Shown here piece after piece: positions 14,834 to 30,400 of a stretch of DNA of 64,000 nt. The position numbers were made by a program, and so were the translations under genes. The notes under the pieces are model-generated. The model did not search any database. It was not told where the DNA came from and worked only from the letters and a program-made list of their open reading frames with translations. The stretch covers positions 1-64,000 of the forward strand of contig JAPDFW010000002.1 in assembly GCA_028826165.1 (NCBI GenBank), in the 5' to 3' direction. Source of the stretch: Anaeramoeba ignava BMAN (Eukaryota; Protista; Anaeramoebae). Positions within the stretch are counted from its first letter, which is position 1, and every line of letters starts with the position of its first letter.

Positions 14834-17800
14834 ATGTCGAATTTACCTCAACAAAAAAAAGGAATTTTTCCAGGAGTTATTCATCAAACAACAACATATA
14901 AACCTGTTTTATTTCATTCAACGATCCAAAAGTAATTTTAAAACAAAAAAAAAGATTAAAAAAAAGATTAAAAAAAAATTTTATAAAAAACAAAACAAAA
15001 AAATTTTATAAAAAAAAAATCAAACGAAAAAGTGAATCAAAAGAAACAAAAGAAATAAAAGAAAATTTAGAAGAAAAAAATACAAAAGAAAATACAAAAG
15101 AAAAAAATACAAAAGAAAATACAAAAGAAAATACAAAAGAAAAAAATACAAAAGAAAATTTAAAAGAAAATTCAAAAGAAATTTCAAAAGAAAATTCAAA
15201 AACTAATCAAAAAAAAGAACAAAAAGAAGAAAAACAAAAGAAGATATCACAAGTTCCAATCACCAAAACGGAGGCGAAAAGATTTCATAAATTTGAAACA
15301 TTATTAGAACAAGATATTTGCGATATTGAACAACTGAAGAAATTGAGTTGGTCAGGAATACCCAATGTTTTCCGACCAACAGTTTGGAGACTATTATTGG
15401 GTTATCTTCCAATAAACAAGTCTCGTCGGACAATAAGTCTTGAGTTCAAAAGAAAAGAATACAAAGAAGCTGTGGAACGACTTTTTAATAAAAGCATCAG
15501 AAAAACAGATTTTGAGTCTAAAAACTTGCATCAAATCAAGATTGATTTGCCAAGAACTCAACCTAATTCTGACTTGCTTCGCCAAAAAATTCTTCAGAAA
15601 ATGCTTAAAAGGATTCTTTATTTATGGGCTATTAGACATCCTGCTAGTGGTTATGTTCAAGGAATGAATGACTTGACTCTCCCTTTTTTATATGTTTTTT
15701 TAAATGAATTACTTGGTCAAGGTTGTTTTTTATTAATTTCAATTTAAATTTTAAAAAAGAAACTCTTTTTTCAAAAAAATGATTCTAAATTATTTCAATT
15801 TCAATTTCAATTTTAATATTAATTTCAATATTAATTTCAATTTTAATTTCAATTTTAATATCAATTTTAATTTTAATTTTAATTTTAATTTCAATTTCAA
15901 TTTCAATTTTAATTTTAATTTTAATATCAATTTTAATATCAATTTTAATTTTAATTTTAATTTCAATTTCAATATTAATTTTAATTTTAATTTTAATTTA
16001 ATTTAATTTTAATTTTAATTTTAATTTTGAATTTTAATTTTAATTTTAATTTTAATTTTAATTTTAATTTTAATTTTAATTTTTAATTTTAATTTTAATT
16101 TTAATTTTAATTTTAATTTTAATTTTAATTTTAATTTTAATTTTAATTTTAATTTTAATTTTAATTTTAATATCAATTTCAATTTCAATTTCAATTTCAA
16201 TTTTAATATCAATTTCAATATCAATATCAATTTTAATATTGATTTTAATTTCAATTTTGATTTTAATTTTGATTTTAATTTTAATTTTGATTTTAATTTT
16301 AATTTTAATTTTAATTTTAATTTTAATTTTAATTTTAATTTTAATTTTAATTTTAATATCAATTTTAATTTTAATTTTAATTTTAATTTTAATTTTAATT
16401 TTAATTTCAATTTTAATTTCAATATCAATTTATAAATTAAAATTGAATAGACACTGATTTAGAATCTGTTGATGCTGAAAAAATTGATAAAGATGAACTT
16501 GCTAATATTGAAGCAGATATTTATTGGTGTTTAACTAAATTACTTGATGGAATTCAAGATAATTATACATTTGCTAATCCTGGTATTCAAAGAATGGTTT
16601 TTAAAATGCAAGGACTTGTTCATAAAATCGATTGTAGTTTTTGAATTTAAAATATCAAAATATTAAAATATTAAAATATTAAAATATCAAAATATCAAAA
16701 TATCAAAATATCAAAATATCAAAATATTAAAATATTAAAATTAAACATGATAAAAAATAGCTAAATTACATGATTTTTTAAGAAATAAGAAAATTGAATT
16801 TCTTCATTTTGCTTTTCGTTGGATGAATTGTTTGCTTGTTCGAGAATTTTCTCAATCATTAATTATTAGATTATGGGATACTTATTTTTCTGAACAAGAA
16901 TCTGTTGCAGTTTTTCATGTTTATGTTTGTGTTGCTTTCTTAACTAATTTTTCAAAAGATATTATGAGCAAAGATGAAAATGAATTACTAATATTTTTAC
17001 AACATATCCCTACAAAAGATTGGAACGAAGAGAATTTAAAAATAATACTTGCTCAAGCGTAAATTAACTCTATTCAATTCAATATTCAATATTCAATTCA
17101 ATATTCAATATTCAATATTCAATATTCAATATTCAATTCAATATTCAATTCAATATTCAATATTCAATATTCAATTCAATATTCAATATTCAATTCAATA
17201 TTCAATATTCAATTCAATTTAATATTTAATTCAATATTCAATTCAATATTTAATATTCAATATTCAATTCAATTCAATTCAATTCAATTCAATTCAATTC
17301 AATTCAATTTAATTTAATTCAATATTCAATTCAATTCATTCATTCAATATTCATATTCAATTCCAATATTCATTTATTCAATATTCAATATTCAATATTC
17401 AATATTCAATATTCAATATTCGATTCAATATTCAATATTCAATATTCAATATTCAATATTCAATTCAATTCAATTCCAATATTCCAATATTCAATAATGA
17501 ATTATTATTCAATTCAATATTCCATTTCAATATTCGATTCAATTTCAATTCAATTCCAATTTCAATATTCAATTCAATATTTCAATTCCAATATTTAATT
17601 AAATTTCAATATCCATTCAATATTCAATATTCAATATTATTCAAATATTCAATATTCAATTTATTCAATATTTAATATTCAATTCAATATTTAATATTCA
17701 ATTCAATATTCATATTCAATATTTAACCAATATTCAATTCAATATTCAATTCAATATTCAATTCAATATTCAATTCAATTCAATTCAATATTTAATATTC

Positions 17801-18830
17801 AATATTCAATTCAATATTCAATATTCAATTTAATATTCAATATTCAATTATTTCAATATTTATTCAATATTTAATATTCAATATTCAATATTCAATATTC
17901 AATTCAATTCAATTCAATTCAATATTCAATTAGAATTCAATATTCAATTCAATATTTAATTCAATTCAATATTCGATTTAATATTCAATATTCAATTTAA
18001 TATTCAATTTAATATTCAATATTTCGTATTCATTTTTAATATTATTCATTCAATATTATATTCAATATTCAATTTTAATATTTAATTTAATATTCAATTC
18101 AATATTCAATATTCAATTCAATATTTAATATTCAATATTCAATTCAATATTTAATTCAATATTCAATTCAATATTTAATTTAATATTCAATTCAATATTC
18201 AATATTCAATTCAATATTTAATTCAATATTCAATTCAATATTTAATTCAATATTCAATTCAATATTCAATTCAATATTTAATATTTAATATTCAATTCAA
18301 TTCAATATTCAATTTAATATTCAATTTAATATTCAATTCAATATTTAATTCAATATTCAATTTAATATTCAATTTAATATTCAATTCAATTCAATATTCA
18401 ATTCAATATTCAATTCAATTCAATATTCAATTCAATATTCAATTTAATATTTAATATTCAATATTCAATTCAATATTCAATATTCAATATTCAATTCAAT
18501 TCAATATTCAATTCAATATTAAATTTAATATTCAATTCAATATTCAATATTAAATATTTAATATTCAATATTCAATATTCAATATTCAATTTAATATTCA
18601 ATTCAATATTCAATTCAATATTCAATATTCAATATTCAATATTCAATATTTAATATTCAATTCAATATTCAATATTCAATATTCAATATTCAATATTCAA
18701 TATTCAATTCAATATTTAATATTTAATTTAATATTCAATATTCAATTTAATTTAAAATTAATTTTTTATTTTATTTAGGTTTTTATGGAAAAGCTTATAT
18801 GAAAATGCCCAGAGTCACTTGAAAATGTAG
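14834..18830 (+). CDS. TBC1D22: TBC-domain RabGAP, TBC1D22/Gyp1-like; exons 14834-14931, 15033-15721, 16451-16633, 16761-17058, 18779-18830
   Basis: LSWSGIP..RPTVWRLLLGYLP, IKIDLPRT (Arg finger), WAIRHPASGYVQGMND (Gln finger), IEADIYWCLTKLLDGIQDNYTFANPGIQR, FAFRWMNCLLVREF, RLWDTY. Confidence 0.9.
15722..16450 (+). repeat. TBC intron 2 filled with (TTTAAT/TTCAAT)n
   Basis: Tandem hexamers inside a GT..AG intron. Confidence 0.85.
17059..18778 (+). repeat. TBC intron 4 filled with (ATTCAAT/ATTCA)n
   Basis: 1720-bp intron of mixed 5- and 7-mer units. Confidence 0.88.
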
Positions 18831-19004
18831 AATTAATTTTCCTCAAATTTTTTTACATTTTTTCTTTTCAATTATTTCCTTTTCAAAACTTTTTTTTAAA
18901 AAGAGAACAAAACCAAAACGAAAAAAAGATTTTTTTTCTCTTCTTTTTTGTTAAATAAAGAAATTTTTTTTCATTTTTTTTTTTCATTTTTTTTTTTCAT
19001 TTTA

Positions 19005-21285
19005 ATGAATTTTCTTGAAAATTATAGAATTGAATTAGAAGATTTAGCTCCTAATGATGATGCAGCAATTGCAAACCTTTCTGTAATTGCAAATGAAAAC
19101 AAAGCTTCTTTTAGGGAAATTGGCAATTTATTAATTGAACAAATAAAAAAAGTAACTTTTAAATTAAATTAATAAAAAAATCACAAATTTTTTGTCTTTT
19201 GTTTTTTTTTTCTTTATTGTGATTGTCATTATTGTTATTATTATTATTATTATTGTTATTATTGTTTTTGTTGTTTTTGATATTTATTTATGCTTGATAT
19301 TGTTAATTATCAATTGGTTGTTAATGTCAAATTTGTTGTAGGAACGAGTTTAAAAAAATTCAAGAAAAAAAATTTAAAAAAAAAAAACATTAGTTTTGTT
19401 TAACGATTAAATTTAAATTTGGATGAAAAAAAAATACAAAAACAAGAAAAAAACAATTTAAAAAAAACAATTTAAAATAAAAAATTTAAAATAAAAAATT
19501 AATTTTTCCTTTTTCTTCTTTAAAAAAAAAATTAAAAAAATTAATAATAAAAATCTTTTTTTTTCTTTCAATAATTTGTTTAATTTTTCAAAAAAAAAAA
19601 CAAAAATCAATTTTAAAAAATTTTTAACAATAATTTGAAACAAACAAACAAAATAATAAAATTTTGAATTGAAAAAAAAAATATTATTAAAAAAATTAGG
19701 TTGAACCAAATTTACAAAGAAATTTTCTTCATTTAATTGATAGAATACTTAGAGATGTAGATGGAGATTATGTTAAATTTTTTGAATCCAAAATTGATTT
19801 AATAATAACAATATTATTAAAATCAGATAAAGAAAATTCACAAAGATTTATGATGGATTATCTTCTTAAATGGGATGAAGATGGATTATTTCCACATGAG
19901 TTTATATCAAAAAAAATGAATTTCATTTCAGATTTTGATATAGAAAATGAAAATTTAAACCAAAATCAAAATCAAAACCAAAATCAAAATCAAAATCAAA
20001 ATCAAAATCAAAATCAAAATCAAAATCAAAATCAAAATCAAAATCAAAATCAAAATCAAAATCAAAACCAAAATCAAAATCAAAATCAAAATCAAAATCA
20101 AAATCAAAATCAAAAATCAAAATCAAAATCAAAATCAAAATTTTCACTTCAATGAACAAAATTTTTTGAATCAAATGAACCAATTTAATAATTCAAACAA
20201 TATTCATAATTTGAATCAAAACCAAACAAACAATATTCACAATTTGAATCAAAACCAAAATCAAGATTTTAATCAAATTTTAAATCAAATTCAATTTCAA
20301 AATCAAAATAATTCAAATCATTTTCCTTTCAATCCAATTAATCCACCTTTTCCATTTCATTTACAAAATTTCTTAAACCAACCACTTCAACAACCACCAA
20401 ATATAGTGAATCCAACAAATCCTCATTTTAATCCTCAAAATTTACCAAATGATTTTAGACAAACACAAGAAGGAACAGATCCATTTTTTTTATTTCCAAA
20501 TTCAAATAATTTACATCCAAATTTAATTCAAAATCAAAATCAAAATCAAAATCAAAATCAAAATCAAAATTTAAATGAAAATTTAATTCAAAATCAAAAT
20601 CCAAATTTAAATCAAAATCAAAATCAAAATCAAAATCAAAATGAAAATCAAAATCAAAATCAAAATGAAAATCAAAAATCAAAATCAAAATCAAAATCAA
20701 ATAATTCATGCTCTTTCTCTCGAGAATTTAAATTCAAAATCATTAATGTTCACAAATCAAAAAGTTATTGATTCACTTTATAAGAAAAGTAAACAATGTC
20801 ATGAATGTGGACTTCGATTTAATGATTCACAAAAATATTCAAATCATCTTGATTGGCATTTCCGTAAAAAACAACACGAAACCGCACGTAATGAAAAGAA
20901 ACTATCAAGAACATGGTTTTTGCAAGTTAACGAATGGGTTGAAATGAATGAATTAATTGAATTTGCAGAAAAAAGTACACCTTCTTTTTTTGATTCAAAT
21001 GAGAACGAAAATAATAAAGAAGAAAAAAAAGAAGAAAAAAAGAAAAATAATCAACTTGTTATTGCTGATGAAGATCAAGAAGCAAAATGCGCAATTTGTC
21101 ATGAATCTTTTGATAAATCTTGGGATAGTTCACTTGAACAATGGGTTTATCTAAATGCCGTTAAACTTGATAATGGAAATCTTGTTTGTGGAACTTGTCA
21201 AAATTCCCCTTTAAATCAAAAACATTTTTTAGATGATCAATTTAATTTTTTAATCGAACCAACAAAAAGAAAAAATGTTATTTAA
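19005..21285 (+). CDS. PCF11: Pcf11-like cleavage/polyadenylation and termination factor; exon 1 19005-19151, exon 2 19700-21285 (apparent +1 indels near 20113 and 20676 in NQ tracts)
   Basis: N-terminal CID (YRIELEDLAPNDDAAIANLSVIANEN..HLIDRILRDVDGDY), a C2H2 finger (CHECGLRF..HLDWHFRK), SRTWF..EW, and a second finger (CAICHESFDKSWDSSLEQWVYLNAV..C..C). Confidence 0.85.
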
Positions 21286-21475
21286 AGATTAATTTTCTTT
21301 TATTTTCTTTTTATTTTCTTTTTTTTCTTTTTATTTTTTGCTTTTTTTTTAAATAAAAAATTTTTTTTTTCATTTTTTTCTTTTTCATTTTTTTCTTTTT
21401 CTTGTTGTTTTTTTTTCTTTTCTTTTTTTTTTTAATTTTGAAAATCTTTTACAATTCAAAAATATTTCATTAACA

Positions 21476-24400
21476 ATGACTTCAAAATCAGCACAAAAAA
21501 AGTTATTAACTTTTCAAGATATGTCAAGAAATGGGATGAAACGTTTAAAATCTTTAAGCGAATATCTTGGTAATTAACTTTAAAAAGAAAATAAAATTCT
21601 AAAAGAAAATTTTTAACTTAAAAGAAAAAAAAATTTTAATTAAAAAAAAAATAAATTTAAAATTAAATTAAATAGAAATGATTTCAAAACCCGAACAAAA
21701 TAACTTTTTTATTGATAATTATTCAGATATTTATCAATTAATTCTTGATTCTTTTCATGGTTATCAAACTGGGGGATCTGTTACAAAGAAGAAAAGTAAA
21801 AATAAACCTTTTTTTTTTTAATTCTTCTTCTTTTTTTTTTTCTTAATCTTATTTTTCTTCTTTCTTTTTTTTTTCTTTTCTTTTTTAGAATTAAAACCTC
21901 CTACTTCAGCTGAATTAAATGTTTTATTTCATCTTTTGGAACAGTTATTAATTTCTGTGAAGGAAGTTATTCGCAAAAAATGGCAAAATCGAAGCATGAG
22001 TAATATTTTTTTTATTAGGAAATTTAAAATTCAATTAAAATTTAATTAAAATTTAAACAAAATTAAAACAAAATTTAATTAAAATTTAATTAAAATTCAA
22101 TTAAAATTTAAATAAAATTTAATTAAAATTTAATTAAATTTAAACAAAATTTAAACAAAATTAAATTTAAATTAAATTTAAACAAAATTTAAACAAAATT
22201 TAAACAAAATTAAATTAAAATTTAATTAAAATTTAAACAAAATTTAAACAAAATTTAATTAAAATTAAATTAAAATTAAATCAAAATTTAATTAAAATTA
22301 AACAAAATTTAAACAAAATTAAATTAAAATTAAATTAAAATTAAATTAAAATTTAATTAAAATTCAATCAAAATTAAATTAAAATTTAAACAAAATTAAA
22401 TCAAAATTTAAACAAAATTTAAACAAAATTTAATTAAAATTTAAACAAAATTTAAACAAAATTTAATTAAAATTTAATTAAAATTTAAACAAAATTTAAA
22501 CAAAATTTAAACAAAATTAAATTAAATTTAAATTAAAATTAAACAAAATTAAACAAAATTTAAATTAAATTAAATTAAATTTAAATTAAATTAAATTAAA
22601 TTTAAACAAAATTAAATCAAATTTAAATAAAATTTAAACAAAATTAAACAAAATTTAATTAAAATTCAATCAAAATTAAATTAAAATTTAAACAAAATTA
22701 AATTAAAATTAAAACAAATTTAAACAAAATTAAACAAAATTTAATTAAAATTTAAACAAAATTTAAACAAAATTTAAACAAAATTAAATTAAATTTAAAT
22801 TAAAATTAAATTAAAATTTAAACAAAATTTAAACAAAATTTAATTAAAATTAAACAAAATTTAAATAAAATTTAAACAAAATTTAAACAAAATTTAAACA
22901 AAATTAAAACAAAATTTAAACAAAATTAAATTAAAATTTAATTAAAATTTAATTAAAATTAAACAAAATTTAAACAAAATTTAATTAAATTTAAATAAAA
23001 TTTAAACAAAATTAAACAAAATTTAAACAAAATTAAATTAAAATTAAATTAAAATTTAAACAAAATTAAACAAAATTTAATTAAAATTAAATCAAAATTT
23101 AATTAAAATTAAACAAAATTTAAACAAAATTAAATTAAAATTAAATTAAAATTAAATTAAAATTTAATTAAAATTCAATCAAAATTAAATTAAAATTTAA
23201 ACAAAATTAAATCAAAATTTAAACAAAATTTAAACAAAATTAAATTAAAATTTAATTAAAATTTAATCAAAATTTAAACAAAATTTAAACAAAATTAAAT
23301 TAAATTTAAATAAAATTTAAACAAAATTAAATTAAATTTAAATAAAATTTAAACAAAATTAAATTAAATTTAAATAAAATTTAAACAAAATTAAATTAAA
23401 TTTAAATAAAATTTAAACAAAATTTAATTAAATTTAAACAAAATTTAATTAAAATTTAATTAAAATTAAATCAAAATTTAATTAAAATTTAATTAAAATT
23501 AAATCAAAATTTAATTAAAATTAAAACAAAATTTAAACAAAATTAAATCAAAATTTAATTAAAATTAAATCAAAATTTAAACAAAATTAAATTAAATTTA
23601 AATTAAAATTAAAACAAAATTTAAACAAAATTAAACAAAATTTAATTAAAATTTAAACAAAATTTAATTAAAATTAAATTAAAATTTAAACAAAATTAAA
23701 AACAAACCAAAATTTAATTAAAATTAAAACAAAATTAAATTAAAATTTAAACAAAATTAAATTAAATTTAAACAAAATTAAATTAAAATTAAATTAAAAT
23801 TTAATTAAAATTAAATCAAAATTAAATTAAATTTTAATCAAAATTAAATTAAAATTTAATCAAAATTAAATTAAATTTAAACAAAATCCAATTAAAATTT
23901 AATTAAAATTAAATTAAAATTAAACCAAAATTTAAACAAAATTTAAACAAAATTAAATAAAATTATAAAAATAGTTCAATTAATGGAGTTTCTATGTTCA
24001 TTTGATAACAGTTTTTCAGTCAGAACAAATGGATTTCGAATGCTTTTATTATTTATTGAAGCCCAAGAAGATGCAATAGATTCCAAATCTGATGCAATAC
24101 TCAAAAATTCAATATCTATGGAACCATTTCTAAAAGATTATACTCCAAATACAGTTACATTCTCTTCTCAACCAATTAGAGGTTTTTATTAATGAAAATA
24201 AAAATATAAAATTAAAAATAATTTATATTTATATTTATATTTAGATTTATATTTATATTTATATTTATATTTATATTTATATTTATATTTATGTTTATGT
24301 TTATGTTTATATTTATATTTATATTTATATTTATATTTATATTTATATTTATATTTATATTTATATTTATATTTATATTTATATTTATATTTATATTTAT

Positions 24401-27400
24401 ATTTATTAGTTCCTGGAGTTGGAACAAAAGAAAAATGCCAAAATTCTGTCGAAGAAAATCTCCAATTATTTGAAACTTTACTTAAATTTATTACTGAAAG
24501 TGCATCAAATAAAAGATTTTGGTTTGATTTATTAAGAAAATTATTTTTTACAACACTTTATCCAACAGTTTGCAAAGAACTTAATATTATAGATAAAGAA
24601 GATGGTAAAAGAATTAAAAATAAAATTAAAATTAAAATTATAATTAAATTTAAAATTAAAATTAAAATTAAAATTAAAATTAAAATTTAAAATTAAAATT
24701 AAAATTAAAATTAAAATTAAAATTAAAATTAAAAATTAAAATTAAAATTAAAATTAAAATTAAAATTAAAATTAAAATTAAAATTAAAATTAAAATTAAA
24801 ATTAAATTCATTAAAGAAACTGGATTTAGAACACAATGCCCAATTGAAATTGAAATTATGATTATCGATTTTCTTCAGAAATGGATTGATGATGATAAAA
24901 TGAATGCAGTTCTATTCGAACAATTTGATGATACAAGAATTATTCTTGAAATTCACAGACAATCACTTCTTCTTCCAACAGCAAATGAAAAAACTGTTAA
25001 TGAAGTGATTTCACGTTATGAACAATGGATTATGGTAATTCTAATCTATTTATCAATAATTTAAAAGAAAAAAAATATTTTGTTTTTAACATTTTTTTTA
25101 TCCGATTTTTTTTAGAGCAAAAAAAAACCAGAAATTATCAGAAAAAGATTGCAATGGTTCCTTCGTGAATTTATTACTCATATAATTAATGCTTTAAAAA
25201 TAACTACAAGTAAATCAGATATTTCTATTCTTTCTGCTAGATTTGATAGACTTTTTGCTATATTTGAAAAAATGTCAAAACAACAAAATGATTATTTATC
25301 TCATCAAACTTGGTAAAAAAAAGCAAAAATTTAAAACAAATATAACAAATAATTCTAAAATAAATTTAAAACAATTTTAAAACAATTTAAAACAATTTTA
25401 ATTTAACAAATAATTCTAAAACGATTTTAATTTAACAAATAATTTTAATTTAACAAATAATTTAAAACAATTTTAATTTAACAAATAATTTTAATTTAAC
25501 AAATAATTTAAATTTAAAACAAATAATTCTAAAACGATTTTAATTTAACAAATAATTTTAATTTAGCAAATAATTTTAATTTAAAACAAATAATTCTAAA
25601 ACAATTCTAAAACAATTTAAAACAAATAATTCTAAAACAATTCTAAAACAATTTAAAACAAATAATTCTAAAACAATTTTAATTTAACAAATAATTTTAA
25701 TTTAACAAATAATTTAAATTTAACAAATAATTCTAAAATAATTTTAAAACAAATAATTTTAATTTAACAAATAATTTAAATTTAACAAATAATTCTAAAA
25801 CGATTTTAATTTAACAAATAATTTTAATTTAACAAATAATTTTAATTTAACAAATAATTTTAATTTAACAAATAATTTTAATTTAAAACAAATAATTCTA
25901 AAATAATTCTAAAACAAAAAGGTCTCATTTATTAATAAGCACAACAGATGCAATATCTTATTTGTATAAATCAATAAATCAAAATCCTGATGCAGGAAAA
26001 ATTTTTAATAATGTTGCAGGAAATTTTTTTGGAGTATTATTATTATTGTTAAAAAAACAAAAAACAGAGAAATTTTAATTCGAAATTTTTTACTTCTTTT
26101 TAATTTAACAAGGGAATATTATCTATTTGGATGAATGCAAAAACAACAAAAGTTTATTTATGGAGAAAATTAAAAGAGTTATTTGTTCTTTGCAAAGAGA
26201 AGCTTCCAGTTATTGTTCAATGGAAGGTATTTTAAATTTAAATTTAATTTTAATTTTAATTTTGATTTTAAATTTTAATTATAATTTTAAATTTAATTTT
26301 AATTTTAAATTTAAATTTAATTTTAATTTGAATTTTAATTTTAATTTTAATTATAATTTTAAATTTTAAAAATTTTTTAGAGAATGTTAATTAAATTAAC
26401 TGTTCAATTTCATCATCTTTTCTCAACTTCTGAAAAGTTTCTTTCTACAAAAGAGGAAGCTGATCTTTCTCGTAGAAGAGAAGATGTTCTTATTTTATTA
26501 GCAGATAAAGATAGAAGGAATAAATATACTTTTGTAAAAAAAGAAAAACAAAAAAAATTTTTTAAATAAGAAAATTTATTTAAAACATTTTTTTGTTTTT
26601 GAATTTGAATTAATTTTTAAATTTAGGATCCACCAAAAGATATTCAACTTATTCCAACAACAACTAGTGAAGAAAAAGAAATTCAATATTTGTACAATTT
26701 ATTTTATTTAATTGAAAATTTATTTTATTTAATTGAAAATTTATTTTATTTAATTGAAAATTTATTTTATTTAATTGAAAATTTATTTTATTTAAAATCT
26801 TTTTAGTACAACATTTGATGAAAGAATGTGGGGAAAAAATCTATCTATTCTTTATTGGTCTAAAATATTCCGTAAAAATAATTTATTTATATTTTAATAA
26901 GAAAAAAAATTTTTAATTGATTTATTTTTTTTTTGGATTAGATCTCCTTGGAGATGTTAATTTAATTCAAGATCCTGAAATACATGCATATGCTATATCT
27001 GCTTATGTTGAAGTTTTTGATATCTTTTTAAGAATAAAATCACATATTCCATCAAGTGATTAAAAATTAAAATTAAAATTAAAATTAAAATTAAAATTAA
27101 AATTAAAATTTAAATTAAAATTAAAATTTAAATTAAAATTAAAATTAAAATTTAAATTAAAATTAAAATTAAAATTAAAATTAAAATTTAAATTAAAATT
27201 AAAATTAAAATTTAAATTAAAATTAAAATTAAAATTAAAATTAAAAATAAAATGAAAATTTAAATTTAAAATTAAAATTAAAATAGATATTTTTTCAAGA
27301 GATCCACCATTTTTTAATTTATTTTTACCAATATTTTCAAAATCTTGCTTTGATAGTGATGCTCATAAAAAAGGTAGATATATTGGATGTGGTGGATTAT

Positions 27401-30400
27401 CTATTATGTTGTGTCGTTTCCAAAAACCGATTCCTGATGAATTTCTTGCAGTGTTTTATTTGGCATTAACACATGTACAAAACGATTTTGAGTTTAATTA
27501 TATGACAATTATTTGACAATTATATGACAATTATTTTATATTTATTTTATATTTATTTGATATTTATTTTATATTTATTTGATATTTATTTTATATTTAT
27601 TTTATATTTAGGCTCTTTCTATTAATGACCATGATTTACATTGCATAATTTTAAGATATACATCACATATATTTGGATATTCATATTCTGGAGCAAATTG
27701 TTTAATCAATCCATATCTAACAATGCTAGAAGAATTTGTAATTTATAAAATATTTATTTAAAAAATTTATAAAAAAAATATTTAAAAAATTTATAAAAAA
27801 AATATTTAAATAATTTATAAAATAAATAATTAAAAAATTTATAAAATATTTATTTAAAAAATTTATAAAATAAATGATTAAAAAATTTATAAAATAAATA
27901 TTTAAAAATAAAATTTATAAAATAAATAATTTAAAAAATTTATAAAATAAATAATTTAAATAATTTATAAAATAAATATTTAGTTAAGCCCAAATTATGG
28001 ACATGAAATTGATGACAACATTCTTGTTCATGCAATAACACTATTATCATCAATAATAGCAGTTCAAGATCAATTTTCAGGAGTTGAATTATTTGATTTT
28101 GGAAAGATTCGAGAATTTAGGAAAGAAAATATTGAAGATTTTGTTCGAATTCAAAATGTAGTTGATGAAGAAATTGGAAATCGAACAGGTTTTGCAAGAG
28201 AAATGGATGAAATGAAGAAAGAAAATCCACAACAAATACCAGAAATGTGGAACAAAGAAAGACAGCGACAAAACGAAGTGCGAGAAGACTGGAGACGAAG
28301 AGGAATATTGAGCTCAATTTTAACAATAATGACTAACATTAGAAAAATTCGATTTAGAATTGTTAATATTTTTAAAGCTTTAATGACAAAACCTCAATCA
28401 GAACTTATTTCTATTTATGTTCTATGGGTTTTGTGCTCTGTTTGTGCTGTTGAAATGAAAGCAAAGTCTCAAAATGATTTCCAAGTTATACAAGGTGCTT
28501 TTGGTGTATTTTTACAATTTTTAACTCATTCTATTCCAGAAGTTTGTCAAACTGCTGCAAATTGTATTTCTTTTCTTTCTGTTTTTTCAGAATCTTTTCA
28601 TCGCTTAGATAATGTAAGATTTATTTTAAATTAAAATTAAAATTCATTTTAAAATTCATTTTAAAATTAAAATTAAAATTATTTTAAATTAAAATTAAAA
28701 TTTAAAATTAAAATTAAAATTCATTTTAAAATTAAAATTAAAATTTATTTTAAAATTAAAATTAAAATTCATTTTAAAATTAAATTTAAAATTAAAATTA
28801 AAATTCATTTTAAAAATTAAATTTAAAAATTATAAGAACTTTGTCCCAAAACTCTTGGAACAACTTAGTATGAGAGTAATCGAAGGAATTGAACAAGTAA
28901 AAAGAGAAACAGAAAAAGAAAAAGAAAAAGAAAAAGATAAAAAGCAACAACAACAATTACCAAAGGAGATATTTGTTCCACCATTTCTCCAATACATTTT
29001 AGAAACATTAGATCAATGGGTATTAGATTCAGAATTTGCACTAAGAAACTCAAAAATGTGGGCAACAATATTCCAATCAATAACAGCATGCCTGCAATAT
29101 TTCAACGCAAATTCACCAATTTATTTAATAGCAAAAGAACTTGAAATAAAGGATCCATTTGAGGATCCAACGGAACAAACACAACAAACACCGAAAAAAT
29201 CGCGGAAAAAAGAGAAAGAAAGAGAGAAGGAAAAGGAAAGAGAAAGATTAGAAGAATTGGCAAAAAATTCCGATAGATTATCAATGACTGCAGAAACACT
29301 CCTTCTGCATTTATTGGAGCATTACAATAACTTCCCATTTGAAGAAGGACCAGAATTAGTCTCGTCAATTATCGACGAGAAAGTAGATGATATTGAAGAA
29401 AATCAAAGAGCTCCAATCGATGAATATTCACAAGTTTTTGCTTTTGGATCAAATACGTTAATTACTGTGCAAAAATTGCCCGATCCAAAAGACAGAATGA
29501 TCAGAGTAGTTATCAGAGATATCACAGGGAAATATGTCTGGGATGTGGAAATAATATCGAGTTTAAATATAGACGACGAAAGAAAACAAGCGATTGAGGA
29601 TCAAAATATGAACGAGAATATAAGTCAAGACTTGGATTCAAAACAAATTACAAAATCCGGATATTCGCAAGAAAAAAGCAATATTGAAGTTGAAAGAGTT
29701 GATTACCAAGACACGCTGAATAAGTTCGAACGGGAGAAGGCAGAATTCCCAGTCTTCAACCCACAAACAAACATCTCTCACGTCAATGTTTTCGATGAAA
29801 CACTTTCTTACATCTCGGAGAAATTCGACGAGCACTTTATAAATCCCCCCGAAGACAGTGTCAAACAACCTGTTGTGGAACTTTATCGGCGACAAGAAGT
29901 GGGGCTTGATAAGTATTCACAAACGCTTGATGAAAACAAGCGACGGGGAAAAGAAGCAAAAGAAACATGTCCATCAAAACCGATCAATTTATCTCATTTT
30001 TGCCGTTTATTTTTAACACATTTGGGATTAATGAACCTGAAGAACCAAGATCAGTTAATCCAGCTCCCTAACAACACTAAGGTCCAACGGTCGCTCAGCG
30101 AGCTAGACAAGCGAGCAGACCGCGAAACACAGAAAATTGGAGTTGTTTATATAAATCAGGGACAATCAAGTCAAAACGAAATTTTAATGAATGAAAACGG
30201 ATCTCCGCTTTATGAAGAGTTTGTCAATACTCTCGGATGGGATGTCGACGTTGTAAAACACTTGGGATATCGCGGAGGTCTTGATATTTACTCTGGAAAT
30301 GATGGTTTGACAACACCATATTTTTCAACGCCTGATCTCGAGGTTGTTTTCCATGTGATTACGCGAATGAAAAACAACCCGAACGACGACAAACAGATCC

